Assembly: GCA_001399795.1 (NCBI GenBank)
Contig: LIHK01000054.1
Coordinates: forward strand, 375 to 52,931
Direction of reading: 5' to 3'
Length of the DNA: 52,557 nucleotides
DNA from: Candidatus Bathyarchaeota archaeon BA2
Lineage (GTDB): Archaea; Thermoproteota; Bathyarchaeia; Bathyarchaeales; Bathyarchaeaceae
In this document: positions 1 to 9,780 of the stretch, piece after piece
Layout of the letters: every line of letters starts with the position of its first letter
Position numbering within the stretch: the stretch's first letter is position 1
Notes under the pieces: model-generated
What the model was told of the DNA's origin: nothing
The model's input: only the letters and a program-made list of their open reading frames with translations
The model's database searches: none
Translations under genes and position numbers: made by a program

Positions 1-1
1 C

Positions 2-502
2 CTATTTTTTCTCAATTTTGTCGGCAATACTGTCTATAGAAGTAAATTTGTCTGCTAGGATTCTCAAGTCTCTACCAATCGTGTGTTCAAATGCTGCAAT
101 TTCTAATAGTATTCCTCTGTCCTTGACCACCTTCACGGCTTCTGCGAAATCGTTGTCTCCACTTACCAATATAGCAACATCATATACGTTCATAAAGGCA
201 AATTTTAGCATGTCCGTAACAAGTGCGACATCAACCCCCTTTTCAACCATTCCGCCTTGTCTGACTTTAAGTGGTCGAGTTACGACAGTAAAGCCCTGAA
301 ATCGTAAGCTGTCATGAAATCTTATTTGATCAGGATCAGGGGGAACTCCAATTGCACAATAAAAATAGGGTCTAACCAATCTTCGATTGCCGACAAGTTC
401 ATCTCTCAACTTTCCATAATCGATCTTGAAATCACCTCTGAATTTCTTGCATGCCCAAAAGAGATTAGAACCGTCAATGAACATCATAACTCTCTCTGCC
501 AT
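2..502 (-). CDS. NYN domain (LabA/DUF88, PIN-like) protein
   Basis: FIDGSN, EKGVDVALVTD and LVSGDNDF motifs typical of the NYN family; TAG stop at 2-4 on the minus strand. Confidence 0.9.
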   Translation of the reverse strand: MAERVMMFIDGSNLFWACKKFRGDFKIDYGKLRDELVGNRRLVRPYFYCAIGVPPDPDQIRFHDSLRFQGFTVVTRPLKVRQGGMVEKGVDVALVTDMLKFAFMNVYDVAILVSGDNDFAEAVKVVKDRGILLEIAAFEHTIGRDLRILADKFTSIDSIADKIEKK

Positions 503-652
503 CTTTGGTCGATAAACTAATTAGTCGATTCACCCTTTAAGTATTTACCACTCGATAAGTTAACGGAACCTGAACAAGCTTCAAAGAGAAGCATGGAGTC
601 CGACATAACAAGGATGGCATCACAGACACCCACCCAGCGGAGTGTAGAAAAA

Positions 653-1575
653 CTACGGTAGTACTTGCTGACGACCAGTAACTGAACGCAACTTTTGCCT
701 GATCAACTGAAACTTCTCAGATATGACCTGTCTTTTAGAGAATGTGTAGAAGAAGATTGCAAGCCACGCGATGAAGAGGACATAACCTATCGCGTAGTGA
801 ACTTTTGCTCCCACCTCATATCCATAGAAGTAGTCTGCCAAGAAAATTATGGTCACTCGAACTATGTTTAGAATGAATGTGCCTATTATGCCGATGAAGG
901 CCCAAGCCAATTTTGTTTGCAGAGTAGCAGATTCCTCAAACAATGTGACAACTAGTATTATGGAAAAGATCAGCATGCTGCTGACGCTGACACACCCCCA
1001 GACGAAAAACATAGGAAGGGGGCCCTTCACCGTATGTAATGTGATGAATTGGCCATGGGTTGTCACTTTTACTCCTAAAGTTTTTAGAATGCCTGCTATG
1101 AGTGAAACGAAGTTGGGGATGTAGGGGGTGAAGTGGGGTTCCAGCCAGTCTGATATGAAGCCACTTGAGGTTGCTGCGACGATTAGGAACATGGGTGTGA
1201 ACGCCTCTCTTAGCGCTGAAATCTCAAAAAAATGAGGAATAAACCGAAAATGTATAAAGCGTAGTTTACTCCTCCGTAAAAGGCAGGAGACTTGAAGAAG
1301 GGAACTAAAGCGTAGTAAAGAAAGAAACTACTGACTACCACAAACACTCCTAAAGCTCTTTGAAAGCTATTGGCTTCACAGCGAAAGGACAGGTCACGCT
1401 TTTTTATTAGGAGAAGGATGAAACCGTAGATCGGAATAACCACCGGGAAAAGCCATCCCATGTAAGAGTACGTAACCAACAGAAGCGGAAGAAAAGCCAA
1501 AACGTAAAAGGAGTTTAGTCTGTTTCTAAGAAAAGAAGAAAAAGCTGTGTTTATTTTGTTCATAGTTTGCTTCAT
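653..1575 (-). pseudogene. Exosortase/archaeosortase family membrane protein split by a 1-nt frameshift
   Basis: Two hydrophobic ORFs (1210-1575 and 653-1192) join in frame if the T7 run (A7 at 1226-1232 on +) is T8, giving ...LIFFEISALREAFTPMFLI... The C-terminal part carries the candidate Cys (WGCVS), Arg (NIVRV) and His (VHYAIG) triad. Could be a sequencing error. Confidence 0.7.
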
Positions 1576-1578
1576 TTT

Positions 1579-2709
1579 TCAACGTCTACTCACAGCTTTT
1601 CTCAATGCTGAGACCAAAAAATTCAAGTCGTTTCTGGTGAGTTGGGGAGAATTTGATACGTAGAAGCCTTTTTGGTGGGCGTTCCTGGCTACTGGATACT
1701 TGTTTGCGTCGTATTTATTCTGATAGGGGGGTTGTGCTGGTATGAAGGAGAGGAGGGGCCTTGTTTCTATTCCTTCTCTTTCCAAATATTCAACTGTTTT
1801 TTCTTTTCCGTTGTTTACAAGAATGTGGTAAACGTAGTACACGTTAAATGCGTAGTCTTCTTCGCTTGGAAGTTTGAGGTTTAAATCATTTAGTTTCTCG
1901 TTGAGGTAGGCTACGTTTTCTCTCCTTTTCGTTATATAGCTGTCCAACTTTTTTAGCTGGACAATGCCTATTGAGGCGTGGATATCGGACATTTTGTAGT
2001 TGTATCCTAACATTGGATGATAAAACTTTTTGTGCTTGTCCATTCCCAGGTTTCTAAGGGACCGCATTTTTTCGGCCAGTTCTGAGTCGTTTGTAACCGC
2101 GATGCCTCCTTCCACTGTTGTGATAAGTTTGTCAGCGTAGAAACTGAAGCAGGAGATGTGCCCAATGGAGCCCACTTTTCTGCCTTTGTATTTTGCTCCG
2201 TGGGCTTGGGCGGCATCTTCGATCACGTATAAGCCGGATGTTTCAGCGGTTTCCATGATTGGGTCTATGTCAGCGGGGTGTCCGAATAGGTGAACTGGGA
2301 CGATGGCTTTTGTTTTTTCGGTTATCTTTTTTTTGATGAGGGAAGGATTGATGTTGAGGGTTTTTGGGTCTACGTCTACGAACACTGGTTTTGAGTTGAG
2401 GTAGCGTATGGGGTTGGCTGTTGCTATGCATGAGAGGGGTGTTGTTATAACTTCGTCGCCTCTTTTTATTCCAATTGAGGCTAACGCTACGTGAAGAGCG
2501 GCTGTTCCTGTATTGACGGCGACGCCGTACTTGACTCCACAATACTTTGCAAAAGCCTTTTCAAACTCCTCAACCCTTTCGCCTTGGGTAACCCAACCGG
2601 TTCTCATCGTTTCTTCCACTGCTTCTATTTCTTCCCTTCCAATGTCAGGTTTTCCGATGGCTATTCTCACGCTTCGTGTCCTCATTTTAATTATCAACGC
2701 CTTTTGCAT
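1579..2709 (-). CDS. DegT/DnrJ/EryC1/StrS family PLP-dependent sugar aminotransferase
   Basis: IEDAAQAHGA and SFYADKLITTVEGG (PLP lysine) motifs; GYNYKMSD. Confidence 0.93.
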   Translation of the reverse strand: MQKALIIKMRTRSVRIAIGKPDIGREEIEAVEETMRTGWVTQGERVEEFEKAFAKYCGVKYGVAVNTGTAALHVALASIGIKRGDEVITTPLSCIATANPIRYLNSKPVFVDVDPKTLNINPSLIKKKITEKTKAIVPVHLFGHPADIDPIMETAETSGLYVIEDAAQAHGAKYKGRKVGSIGHISCFSFYADKLITTVEGGIAVTNDSELAEKMRSLRNLGMDKHKKFYHPMLGYNYKMSDIHASIGIVQLKKLDSYITKRRENVAYLNEKLNDLNLKLPSEEDYAFNVYYVYHILVNNGKEKTVEYLEREGIETRPLLSFIPAQPPYQNKYDANKYPVARNAHQKGFYVSNSPQLTRNDLNFLVSALRKAVSRR

Positions 2710-3056
2710 ATTTAAGAAATGTTACATTTTGGATCATATAGCGAAAAGGTATGTTGAAAACAGTATTTTCTAAGAAAAACTGTTCGCACTAAAAAAGGGA
2801 GAATTATTCTCATGTTTCTCCTTTTTGGTTTTTTCATTTGCCTGTGAGGATATCCAGATAAAAATGTATGCTCTTGTCCTCCTGGAATCAGCTTTAATAG
2901 AACCAAATATTCCGGCATTTTCGATTAACCATCCACAGCCTGTAGTTATCTCTTTCTAGCGAAAACATTGTGAAGTCGAAATCCATAGCTGAAGTCTGCA
3001 TCTAAAGGAACTCTTAAATAATATTTCCCTCGACAGCCAGTGTAGGTGAAATCGCC

Positions 3057-3833
3057 ATGTTGGCAGAAGTAGTTTTAACACCATCCGAATCCAAAAGACT
3101 CATAGGAAAAGCCGTAGCCTCCACGGAAGTCGTGAAGGAAGCCCTCAAATCAGGTCTCATTGTAATAATAAAGGGCACAACCAACAGCTACGTAGCCGAA
3201 GAAATACTAAAAGAGACAATTGAAAAAGAGAGGTACGGACGAGGCATCATTGTTCCTGGAATGCTAAGTTACTTGCCAGATGAAGAATCCATCCCAGACA
3301 TCATCATTGAAAAGGGCAAAGTAAGGAAGGACTTAAGCCTTGAAGAAGCCGTTAAAATGTTGAAAACCGGCGACGTGCTTATAAAGGGAGCAAACGCCCT
3401 AGACCCAGACGGCATAACAGGGGTCTTCTTAGCCCGCGCACCCACCACAGACGGCGGAACCATCGGACGATCCCTCGGAACAGTGGTGGGAAGAGGCGTA
3501 AAATTCATAATCCCTGTAAGCCTCGAAAAATTAATTCCCGTGCCAATCAGGGAAGTTGTCACCCAACTCAACGACAAAGAAATTAACCTGGCGATGGGAT
3601 TAACCGTAAACGTGATGCCCACCATGGGAAAGGTCGTTACAGAAATAGAAGCCTTTAAGATTCTAACTGGAGTCGAAGCCGTCAACATAGGAGCAGGGGG
3701 CGTAGGCGGAGCTGAAGGAGCCCGTGTATTCCTCCTAAAAGGAGACGAGGAAGCCGTCAAGAAAGCCTTCAACTTGGTACAGAGCATCAAAGGAGAACCA
3801 CCCTTCAAGCCAGCATCCTACTGGCACGAATAG
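3057..3833 (+). CDS. Conserved hypothetical protein
   Basis: 258-aa ORF with GGTGA RBS upstream and glycine-rich motifs (KGTTNSYVAEE, KGANALD, GAGGVGGAEG); function not recognised. Confidence 0.8.
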   Translation: MLAEVVLTPSESKRLIGKAVASTEVVKEALKSGLIVIIKGTTNSYVAEEILKETIEKERYGRGIIVPGMLSYLPDEESIPDIIIEKGKVRKDLSLEEAVKMLKTGDVLIKGANALDPDGITGVFLARAPTTDGGTIGRSLGTVVGRGVKFIIPVSLEKLIPVPIREVVTQLNDKEINLAMGLTVNVMPTMGKVVTEIEAFKILTGVEAVNIGAGGVGGAEGARVFLLKGDEEAVKKAFNLVQSIKGEPPFKPASYWHE

Positions 3834-4005
3834 ACGAAACTCTACAATAGCTCAACCTTCCCCTCTTTCAACCTCTTGTTTCGCGCGCAGGTCTATGATT
3901 CATATGGGCACCCGACTAAACCAGAGTATGACAGAGAGTCACTGTTTTTAGCGCTTTTACCTACCCTAACCCACTCACTTTTTAGTCTTCGTACACGCTG
4001 ACACT

Positions 4006-4190
4006 GAAAGGAAAATTAGAGAATCTGAAGAGAAGTACCGGAATTTGTTCGAGAATGCATCAGATGTAATATTCATTAGGGTTATTCAAATGAAATCCTC
4101 GGAAAGAGCATGTTTAATTTTATCCCGAAAAATATTGGCCGATGATTAGCAAGCAAGTTATGAGCTTGGCAGGGGGAAACCAGTTCGGAA
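4006..4190 (+). pseudogene. PAS-domain (S-box) sensor gene remnant
   Basis: 4006-4077 reads ERKIRESEEKYRNLFENASDVIFI; a shifted frame from 4080 reads GYSNEILGKSMFNFIP. No start codon, several indels. Confidence 0.65.
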
Positions 4191-4212
4191 GCAGCAACTT
4201 GTAAAATATAAA

Positions 4213-4398
4213 CTAACGTCTGCTTCGGCCCCGTCTGCCACCCAAGTTTTGTCCAGCATTCCGTTGAAGAATTATTCTTTTTTCGTAGTTTCGTCGAAAC
4301 CGTAATCTGGGGATTCGGCTTTTTTTGCGGGTGGCTTCGATTTTTGGGGTCTGTGACCTAACTTTCCCCGCTTTTGATAGGGACCCGTGGGTTGGCAT
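4213..4398 (-). CDS. rps30e: 30S ribosomal protein S30e
   Basis: MPTHGSLSKAGKVRSQTPK is the S30e N-terminal signature. Confidence 0.96.
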   Translation of the reverse strand: MPTHGSLSKAGKVRSQTPKIEATRKKSRIPRLRFRRNYEKRIILQRNAGQNLGGRRGRSRR

Positions 4399-4552
4399 TT
4401 TATTTCCCCACAGTTATAGATTTAGAAAGGTCTTTTAAGTATTTTCTCTTTAATTTTGGGACTTAGGGCAATTTCACCAGTTTTAGACAAAACAAGAAAT
4501 TAAAAAGAGGGAAATTGCGAGGGGATAATAAAGCGCGTTATCGAGGTTAAGC

Positions 4553-5119
4553 TCATTCTCTTTCTTTTGCAACCATGACTTCGGTTGCCTTGATGACGGC
4601 TTCGACGTTGTCTCCAGTCTTTATGTCTAATTCTTCTACGGCTTCTTTGGATATGATTGCGGTCACAACAATAGGTTTGTCTATGCTAATCTTAACCTTC
4701 GCTGTGATAACGCCTTTCTCCACCTCTTTTACAACTCCCCTCAGCCGATTTCTTGCGCTAATTTTCAATCCAACAGCCTCCCAATATTCTTCGTCGCCCA
4801 GAATCTCACCCACGTAGCTTTCAACTCGCCTGTACTCTTTTAGCAAGTTTTCTCCAAGCTTTGTTAGATGCGCTCCTCCTCCACCCTTCCTTCCACCACG
4901 GTAGGTTCGCACCACGGGCTCCTGCATGATTTTTTCGATTTTTGCTAGGTAATTCCATACGTATCGGTAGGACATTCCAAGTTCTTTGGCAGCCTTGGAG
5001 ATAGATTTCACTTTGTTTATTGCTTCTAAGATTTCCGCTCCGCCTTTTCCTAGTAGGGGGTCTCCTTTATATTCAAGCCAGACTTTGCATAATGGTCTAT
5101 GCTTGTTGTGGGTGAGCAT
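4553..5119 (-). CDS. modE: ModE-family molybdate/tungstate transcriptional regulator (HTH + TOBE)
   Basis: SISKAAKELGMSYRYVW HTH, RGGRKGGGGAHLT and ISARNRLRG TOBE domain; divergent from tupABC. Confidence 0.9.
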   Translation of the reverse strand: MLTHNKHRPLCKVWLEYKGDPLLGKGGAEILEAINKVKSISKAAKELGMSYRYVWNYLAKIEKIMQEPVVRTYRGGRKGGGGAHLTKLGENLLKEYRRVESYVGEILGDEEYWEAVGLKISARNRLRGVVKEVEKGVITAKVKISIDKPIVVTAIISKEAVEELDIKTGDNVEAVIKATEVMVAKERE

Positions 5120-5141
5120 GGGCTTCGCTAGATGCTTATAC

Positions 5142-5190
5142 CGTTATGCTTATAAGGATATTTCGTCGATAGGTATGACCAAACATAACG
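5142..5190. promoter_or_regulatory. Two tandem 24-bp ModE-box-like operators in the modE/tupA divergent promoter
   Basis: CGTTATG-N10-TATTTCG (5142-5165) and CGATAGG-N10-CATAACG (5167-5190); both have the CG-N20-CG spacing of the ModE consensus. Confidence 0.65.
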
Positions 5191-5200
5191 ATGTGAAGGC

Positions 5201-6172
5201 ATGCGGAAAACATTACTTGTCTGGGTAGCTTTACTTGTCTTGGCTGTGATAGGTTCCGTTGCAGGAACCATGTACTATCTTGGAGCCTCTACGAAGAATA
5301 GATTGATTATCTCCACAACGACTAGCCTATACGACACTGGATTGCTGGACGCCATTGAAACTGAGTTTGAAGCAAAAAATTCCATAGACCTAAACTTCAT
5401 TTCGGTTGGAACGGGCATAGCCATTCAACACGCGCAGAGAGGCGACGCAGATTTGATACTGGTTCACTCGCCAACCGATGAGTTGACGTTTCTTACGGAC
5501 GGAACTGGAGTCAACAGAAAAATAATAGCGTACAACTTTTTCGCTATAGTCGGACCGGAAACGGATCCTGCACAAATTCGCGACACAACGCCATTCCAAG
5601 CTTTATCCAAAATTGTTGAAAGCGGCAGAGACGGAACCGCCAAATGGATTTCAAGGGGCGACAACTCTGGAACGCATGCCAAGGAAAAGAGCCTATGGAC
5701 AGCCGCTGGCTTGACGACTTTGACTAAAGAATCTTGGTACGTCAACGCTGGTTCAGGGATGGGAGAAACATTGAAGAAGGCTGATTATTTTTCAGCCTAC
5801 ACGCTCGCTGACGTTGGAACATATCTGAAATATTATAAAGACGGATTAATTTCGCTGAAAGTATTAGTGGAACAAGAGAAAGATCTGCTCAACGTATACA
5901 GCGCCATAGCTGTCAATCAAACACTGCATCCTAATGTAAACTTTGACGGAGCTATGACATTCATGAAATTTCTCATGTCAGACGAGGGACAACAGATTAT
6001 TGAGCAGTACGGCAAGGATGACTACGGACAAAGCCTCTTCTATCCGGCGGTGCGACTCCTCAAAGAAAACACAGAACCAACAATTGCACAGTGGATAAGA
6101 GAATACGCCTTCTTCAATGACACAGAATGCCCACCGGAATATCGAAAAGGCTACCCGGAACTCTACGATTAA
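5201..6172 (+). CDS. tupA: Tungstate ABC transporter substrate-binding protein
   Basis: N-terminal membrane anchor; STTTSLYDTGLL, VGTG, LVHSP and SRGDNSGTHAKE motifs of TupA. Confidence 0.92.
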   Translation: MRKTLLVWVALLVLAVIGSVAGTMYYLGASTKNRLIISTTTSLYDTGLLDAIETEFEAKNSIDLNFISVGTGIAIQHAQRGDADLILVHSPTDELTFLTDGTGVNRKIIAYNFFAIVGPETDPAQIRDTTPFQALSKIVESGRDGTAKWISRGDNSGTHAKEKSLWTAAGLTTLTKESWYVNAGSGMGETLKKADYFSAYTLADVGTYLKYYKDGLISLKVLVEQEKDLLNVYSAIAVNQTLHPNVNFDGAMTFMKFLMSDEGQQIIEQYGKDDYGQSLFYPAVRLLKENTEPTIAQWIREYAFFNDTECPPEYRKGYPELYD

Positions 6173-6187
6173 AAAGGTGCGTAATGT

Positions 6188-6883
6188 TTGGGAAATGAAA
6201 TTATTGATGGTCTCATAAAGGCACTTCAACTGATATTCTCAGGAGACCCTACAGTCATGGAAATCAGTGGTAGGTCCATTTTGGTTTCTACCTCAGCGAC
6301 AATGCTCTCTGTTTTGTGGGGGCTTCCTGTGGCAACAATTTTGGGCTTAAAGAGATTTCGAGGCAGATTCATCCTAAAGGGATTCTTCAATGCTATGCTA
6401 GGCATACCAACTGTAGCGTTAGGGCTGTTTCTCTACCTCTTCTTCTCAAATGCAGGTCCAATAGGCTTTCTGCACTTGCTGTATTCACCACCAGCGATGA
6501 TAATAGGACAAGCAATCTTAATAACGCCGATAACCGTCAGTTTCATCACAAGCACCATCGAATCAATTGACCCAGAGATCAAGGACTTAGCCAAAACTTT
6601 GGGTGCGTCGGAAACCGAGGCATCCATAGCTGTTTTGAAGGAATCCATGAATGGTGTTGTCTTAGCGGTAACAGCGAGTTTCAATAGAGCCATAGCTGAG
6701 TTGGGCGTTGTTCTTATGGTAGGTGGAAACATAGCTGGCTTTACAAGTGTCTTGACAACTACAATAGCATTAGAAACCAACAAAGGGAATATAGAACTCA
6801 GCATTGCCTTGGCTATAATCTTGTTACTTATAGTGTCTGTTCTGAGCACCTCAATAAACCTGATTCAGAGGCGCAAAGAATGA
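6188..6883 (+). CDS. tupB: Tungstate ABC transporter permease
   Basis: Hydrophobic; AKTLGAS EAA-like loop and RAIAELGVVLMVGGNI motif. Confidence 0.92.
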   Translation: MGNEIIDGLIKALQLIFSGDPTVMEISGRSILVSTSATMLSVLWGLPVATILGLKRFRGRFILKGFFNAMLGIPTVALGLFLYLFFSNAGPIGFLHLLYSPPAMIIGQAILITPITVSFITSTIESIDPEIKDLAKTLGASETEASIAVLKESMNGVVLAVTASFNRAIAELGVVLMVGGNIAGFTSVLTTTIALETNKGNIELSIALAIILLLIVSVLSTSINLIQRRKE

Positions 6884-7941
6884 AAACCATAATGGAACTT
6901 AAAAACATAGACAAAACTTACGGAAACATAACTGCCCTCAAACAGGTCAATCTAGGAATTCTAGAAGGTGAAGTACTCAGCATACTTGGTCCAAACGGTT
7001 CAGGAAAAACAACCCTACTAAGGATTATGGCGTGCATCGAAAAACCCACGAGTGGAGAGATGCGCTTCAACGGCGTGAAAGTTGACCAAGGAAACATAAA
7101 CAAAGTAAGGCTAAAGACCACCATGGTGTTTCAAAAAACCGCATTGTTTAACACCAGCGTCTACAAGAACATCGCTTATGGTCTACATCTCAGAGAATAT
7201 TCAAAAAAAGAAACGGATAAGAAGGTTAAGGAAGCTCTGAAGACGGTGCAGTTAGAAGGCTACGAAAAGAGACCAGCCAAAAAATTGTCTGGAGGCGAGC
7301 AACAGAGAGTGGCTCTGGCCAGGGCTCTGACACTAGATACAGATGTCTTGCTTTTAGATGAACCAACGGCAAATATTGATCCTAAAAACGTTTCCATCAT
7401 TGAAGAAGCGCTCACATGGCTCGGCAAGGAAAAAAAGACAACAATGGTCATAGCTACACACAACATGTTTCAGGCGGAAACCCTGACCACCAGAGTTGCT
7501 CTACTCCTTGGAGGCAAGATAGCTCAGATTGGCGCGCCTAAAGAAATCTTTAGAGGTCCACCAGAAAGCTTGGCAAGCTTTGCTAGGCTGGAAAATGTTT
7601 TCTCTGGCACTTCGAGAATTCTTCAGGAAGGAACTTCGGTCATAAACGTTGAAAACGGAGTACAGATAGAAGCCGCGCTGAGAAAGTCAGGGAAAGTCAC
7701 GGTTTTCGTTAGGCCAGAGGATATAATCTTGTCGAAGAAAACTGTGGCTTCAAGCGCCAGAAACGTGTTTAAGGGGAAGATAGTTGAAATTTCAGACTTT
7801 GGGCCGGTGGTGAAGCTGAAGGTTGATGCGGGAAAGGAAATTATTGTTCAAATTACAAAACGGTCTTTCATTGAAATGAAACTAAACGTTGGCTCCACAG
7901 TTTTCCTAACCTTCAAAGCTTCATCAGTTCACCTAATCTGA
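6880..7941 (+). CDS. tupC: Tungstate ABC transporter ATP-binding protein with C-terminal TOBE domain
   Basis: GPNGSGKT Walker A, LSGGEQQR signature, LLLDEP Walker B, SSARN TOBE; ATGA overlap with tupB. Confidence 0.92.
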   Translation: MKTIMELKNIDKTYGNITALKQVNLGILEGEVLSILGPNGSGKTTLLRIMACIEKPTSGEMRFNGVKVDQGNINKVRLKTTMVFQKTALFNTSVYKNIAYGLHLREYSKKETDKKVKEALKTVQLEGYEKRPAKKLSGGEQQRVALARALTLDTDVLLLDEPTANIDPKNVSIIEEALTWLGKEKKTTMVIATHNMFQAETLTTRVALLLGGKIAQIGAPKEIFRGPPESLASFARLENVFSGTSRILQEGTSVINVENGVQIEAALRKSGKVTVFVRPEDIILSKKTVASSARNVFKGKIVEISDFGPVVKLKVDAGKEIIVQITKRSFIEMKLNVGSTVFLTFKASSVHLI

Positions 7942-7947
7942 CGAACT

Positions 7948-8205
7948 CTAAGTTTCTGCAGCTTTTTCGCCCTTGACTCCCGTTGACTCTTCAGATTTTT
8001 GTTTCTTAAGTTCGTAAAGAATGACTAAAGCCTCCCCTAGCGGTATGCCTAGTTTTGCCGCCAAGTCTCGGGCAGTCACGTCGGGTTGTTCGTGTAGAAC
8101 TATGTCCCTCGTGTAAGCCTTGTGATGAGTATACATGACCATGGCATGAACGGTTTCTACGAGAAGAGGCCAGAGAGGATTGCCTACGTATTCCTCAAAA
8201 CCCAT
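7948..8205 (-). CDS. Small hypothetical protein with HTH-like segment
   Basis: 85-aa ORF with GGGATGGG upstream; TARDLAAKLGIPLGEALVIL resembles an HTH. Confidence 0.65.
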   Translation of the reverse strand: MGFEEYVGNPLWPLLVETVHAMVMYTHHKAYTRDIVLHEQPDVTARDLAAKLGIPLGEALVILYELKKQKSEESTGVKGEKAAET

Positions 8206-8341
8206 GCGAGTCCCATCCCTAATCTAACGATTTAGACACTCAATTAATTTTCCGTTGCTTTGCTCGTAGCCGCGAAACCGTAAACCATTTTATGAAGTCG
8301 ACAGCTTAATTCAGAATCAAAGTCGGCTGGGTTGATCCACA

Positions 8342-8458
8342 TTGACGATTAAGGCAGTAATCTTCGACCTCGACGGAACCATCACACCCTTCAACATCGA
8401 CTATATGGCCGCTAGGGCTGAAATTATATATAGTGCTAAACCGAAAGGAAATAACTGA
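8342..8458 (+). pseudogene. HAD-family hydrolase N-terminal fragment
   Basis: TTG start, reads MTIKAVIFDLDGTITPFNIDYMAARAEI (HAD motif I DxDGT) then stops after 38 aa. Confidence 0.7.
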
Positions 8459-8483
8459 TTTATCAGAAGGAGTTTGTTAAAAA

Positions 8484-8939
8484 TTGCCAGAGAAAAGTTC
8501 CTCCTTCGAATTTGTGACATTCAATGACATGGCATCTGCTTTAGAACTGATTTTTTCTCCTTCAGCAGCTTCCGTGATTCTGTTTACAGCGGCAGTTAGG
8601 TGTGGTACACAATGGTATAACAGAATGAAGAAAAAATTTGGGACAAATGAGGAAGCTCTCCGTATTCTTTCCGAAGAGAAAAAAGAAGAGAATTGGGGGA
8701 AACTGTCTTTTCGGGATGTTGACTTTGTAAATGGGTCAGGAAAAATTATAGTTGAAGACGCTTTTGAAACCGTGGCACGTAAGGCAGGGAAAAGCCGAAA
8801 AGCCGGTCAGCCTTGCTGCAACTTTTTAAGAGGTTTCCTGTCGGGTTTCCTTTCAGAACTTTTTGAAAAATCCATAACGGTTACCGAAGAAAAGTGTGCT
8901 GGAATGGGAAACGAACACTGTGAATTCACATTTAAGTAG
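8484..8939 (+). CDS. V4R (4-vinyl reductase) domain protein
   Basis: NWGKL, PCCNFLRGFLSG and EEKCAGMGNEHCEF motifs. Confidence 0.85.
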   Translation: MPEKSSSFEFVTFNDMASALELIFSPSAASVILFTAAVRCGTQWYNRMKKKFGTNEEALRILSEEKKEENWGKLSFRDVDFVNGSGKIIVEDAFETVARKAGKSRKAGQPCCNFLRGFLSGFLSELFEKSITVTEEKCAGMGNEHCEFTFK

Positions 8940-9047
8940 AGAATAAAGGAAGGAATGCGTTCTTATAGTTTTCAACATCCCCTGCGCATTTGCGGCACAT
9001 AAAATTCAGACAAATATTCTTAAACCGACGGTGACTAAACTAATGCT

Positions 9048-9734
9048 ATGAAGGAGAAATTTGTTAGATTTGGTGAGTATGGGTTAGCGAGTGTGCTTCA
9101 TTCTCCTAATGAGAAGGCATCAGCCTGCGTTATTACCTGTCACGGTTTGTACAGCAGCAAGGACAGCGAAAAATATGTTAGTATTGGTCGTAGGTTTTGT
9201 GAAGAAGGCCTAGCGGTTTTGAGGTTTGATTTCAGGGGTTGTGGAGAAAGTGGAGGCGTGTTTGAAGAGACTTCTCTAACTGGCAGAATAGAAGATTTAG
9301 AATTGGCTCTGGACTTTGTGGAGGAACAAGGCTACGAAAGTGTAGGGGTGATGGGAAGCAGCTTAGACGGAACAGTCTCAATATTAGTGGCTGCAAAGGA
9401 TAAAAGAATTAAAGCCTTAGTGACTTGGGCTACTCCCTGCTATCTTAATGAATTGTTTCGAGGGGAAATAATCAAAGGTTTTGAGAAGCTTAGGCAGGAT
9501 GTTAACAACTATGATGTGGTTAAGGCTGTGAAAAATATGCATTGCCCTATCCTGATTGTTCACGGCAGCTCAGACGAACAGGTGCCTCTTTCTCATGCTG
9601 ATGTACTGTACGAAAATGCAAACGAACCTAAGGACATCCAGATAATTGAGGGCGCAGACCATAGGCTTACTAATCTACTCCATAGAGAGAAAGCTACTGA
9701 ACTAACTTTGAATTGGTTTAAAAAATATCTATGA
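9048..9734 (+). CDS. Alpha/beta fold hydrolase
   Basis: CHGL, RFDFRGCGES, GSSLDG nucleophile elbow, HGSSDEQV and GADH. Confidence 0.9.
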   Translation: MKEKFVRFGEYGLASVLHSPNEKASACVITCHGLYSSKDSEKYVSIGRRFCEEGLAVLRFDFRGCGESGGVFEETSLTGRIEDLELALDFVEEQGYESVGVMGSSLDGTVSILVAAKDKRIKALVTWATPCYLNELFRGEIIKGFEKLRQDVNNYDVVKAVKNMHCPILIVHGSSDEQVPLSHADVLYENANEPKDIQIIEGADHRLTNLLHREKATELTLNWFKKYL

Positions 9735-9780
9735 ATGATTATGGAGAATATAACTGAAATTAGGCGTGAGTTGAGGGATC

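Noticed and set aside
2712-2918. 68-aa ORF MPEYLVLLKLIPG...
   Set aside because: Only the first ~13 residues look protein-like; possibly a stub, but no family can be supported.
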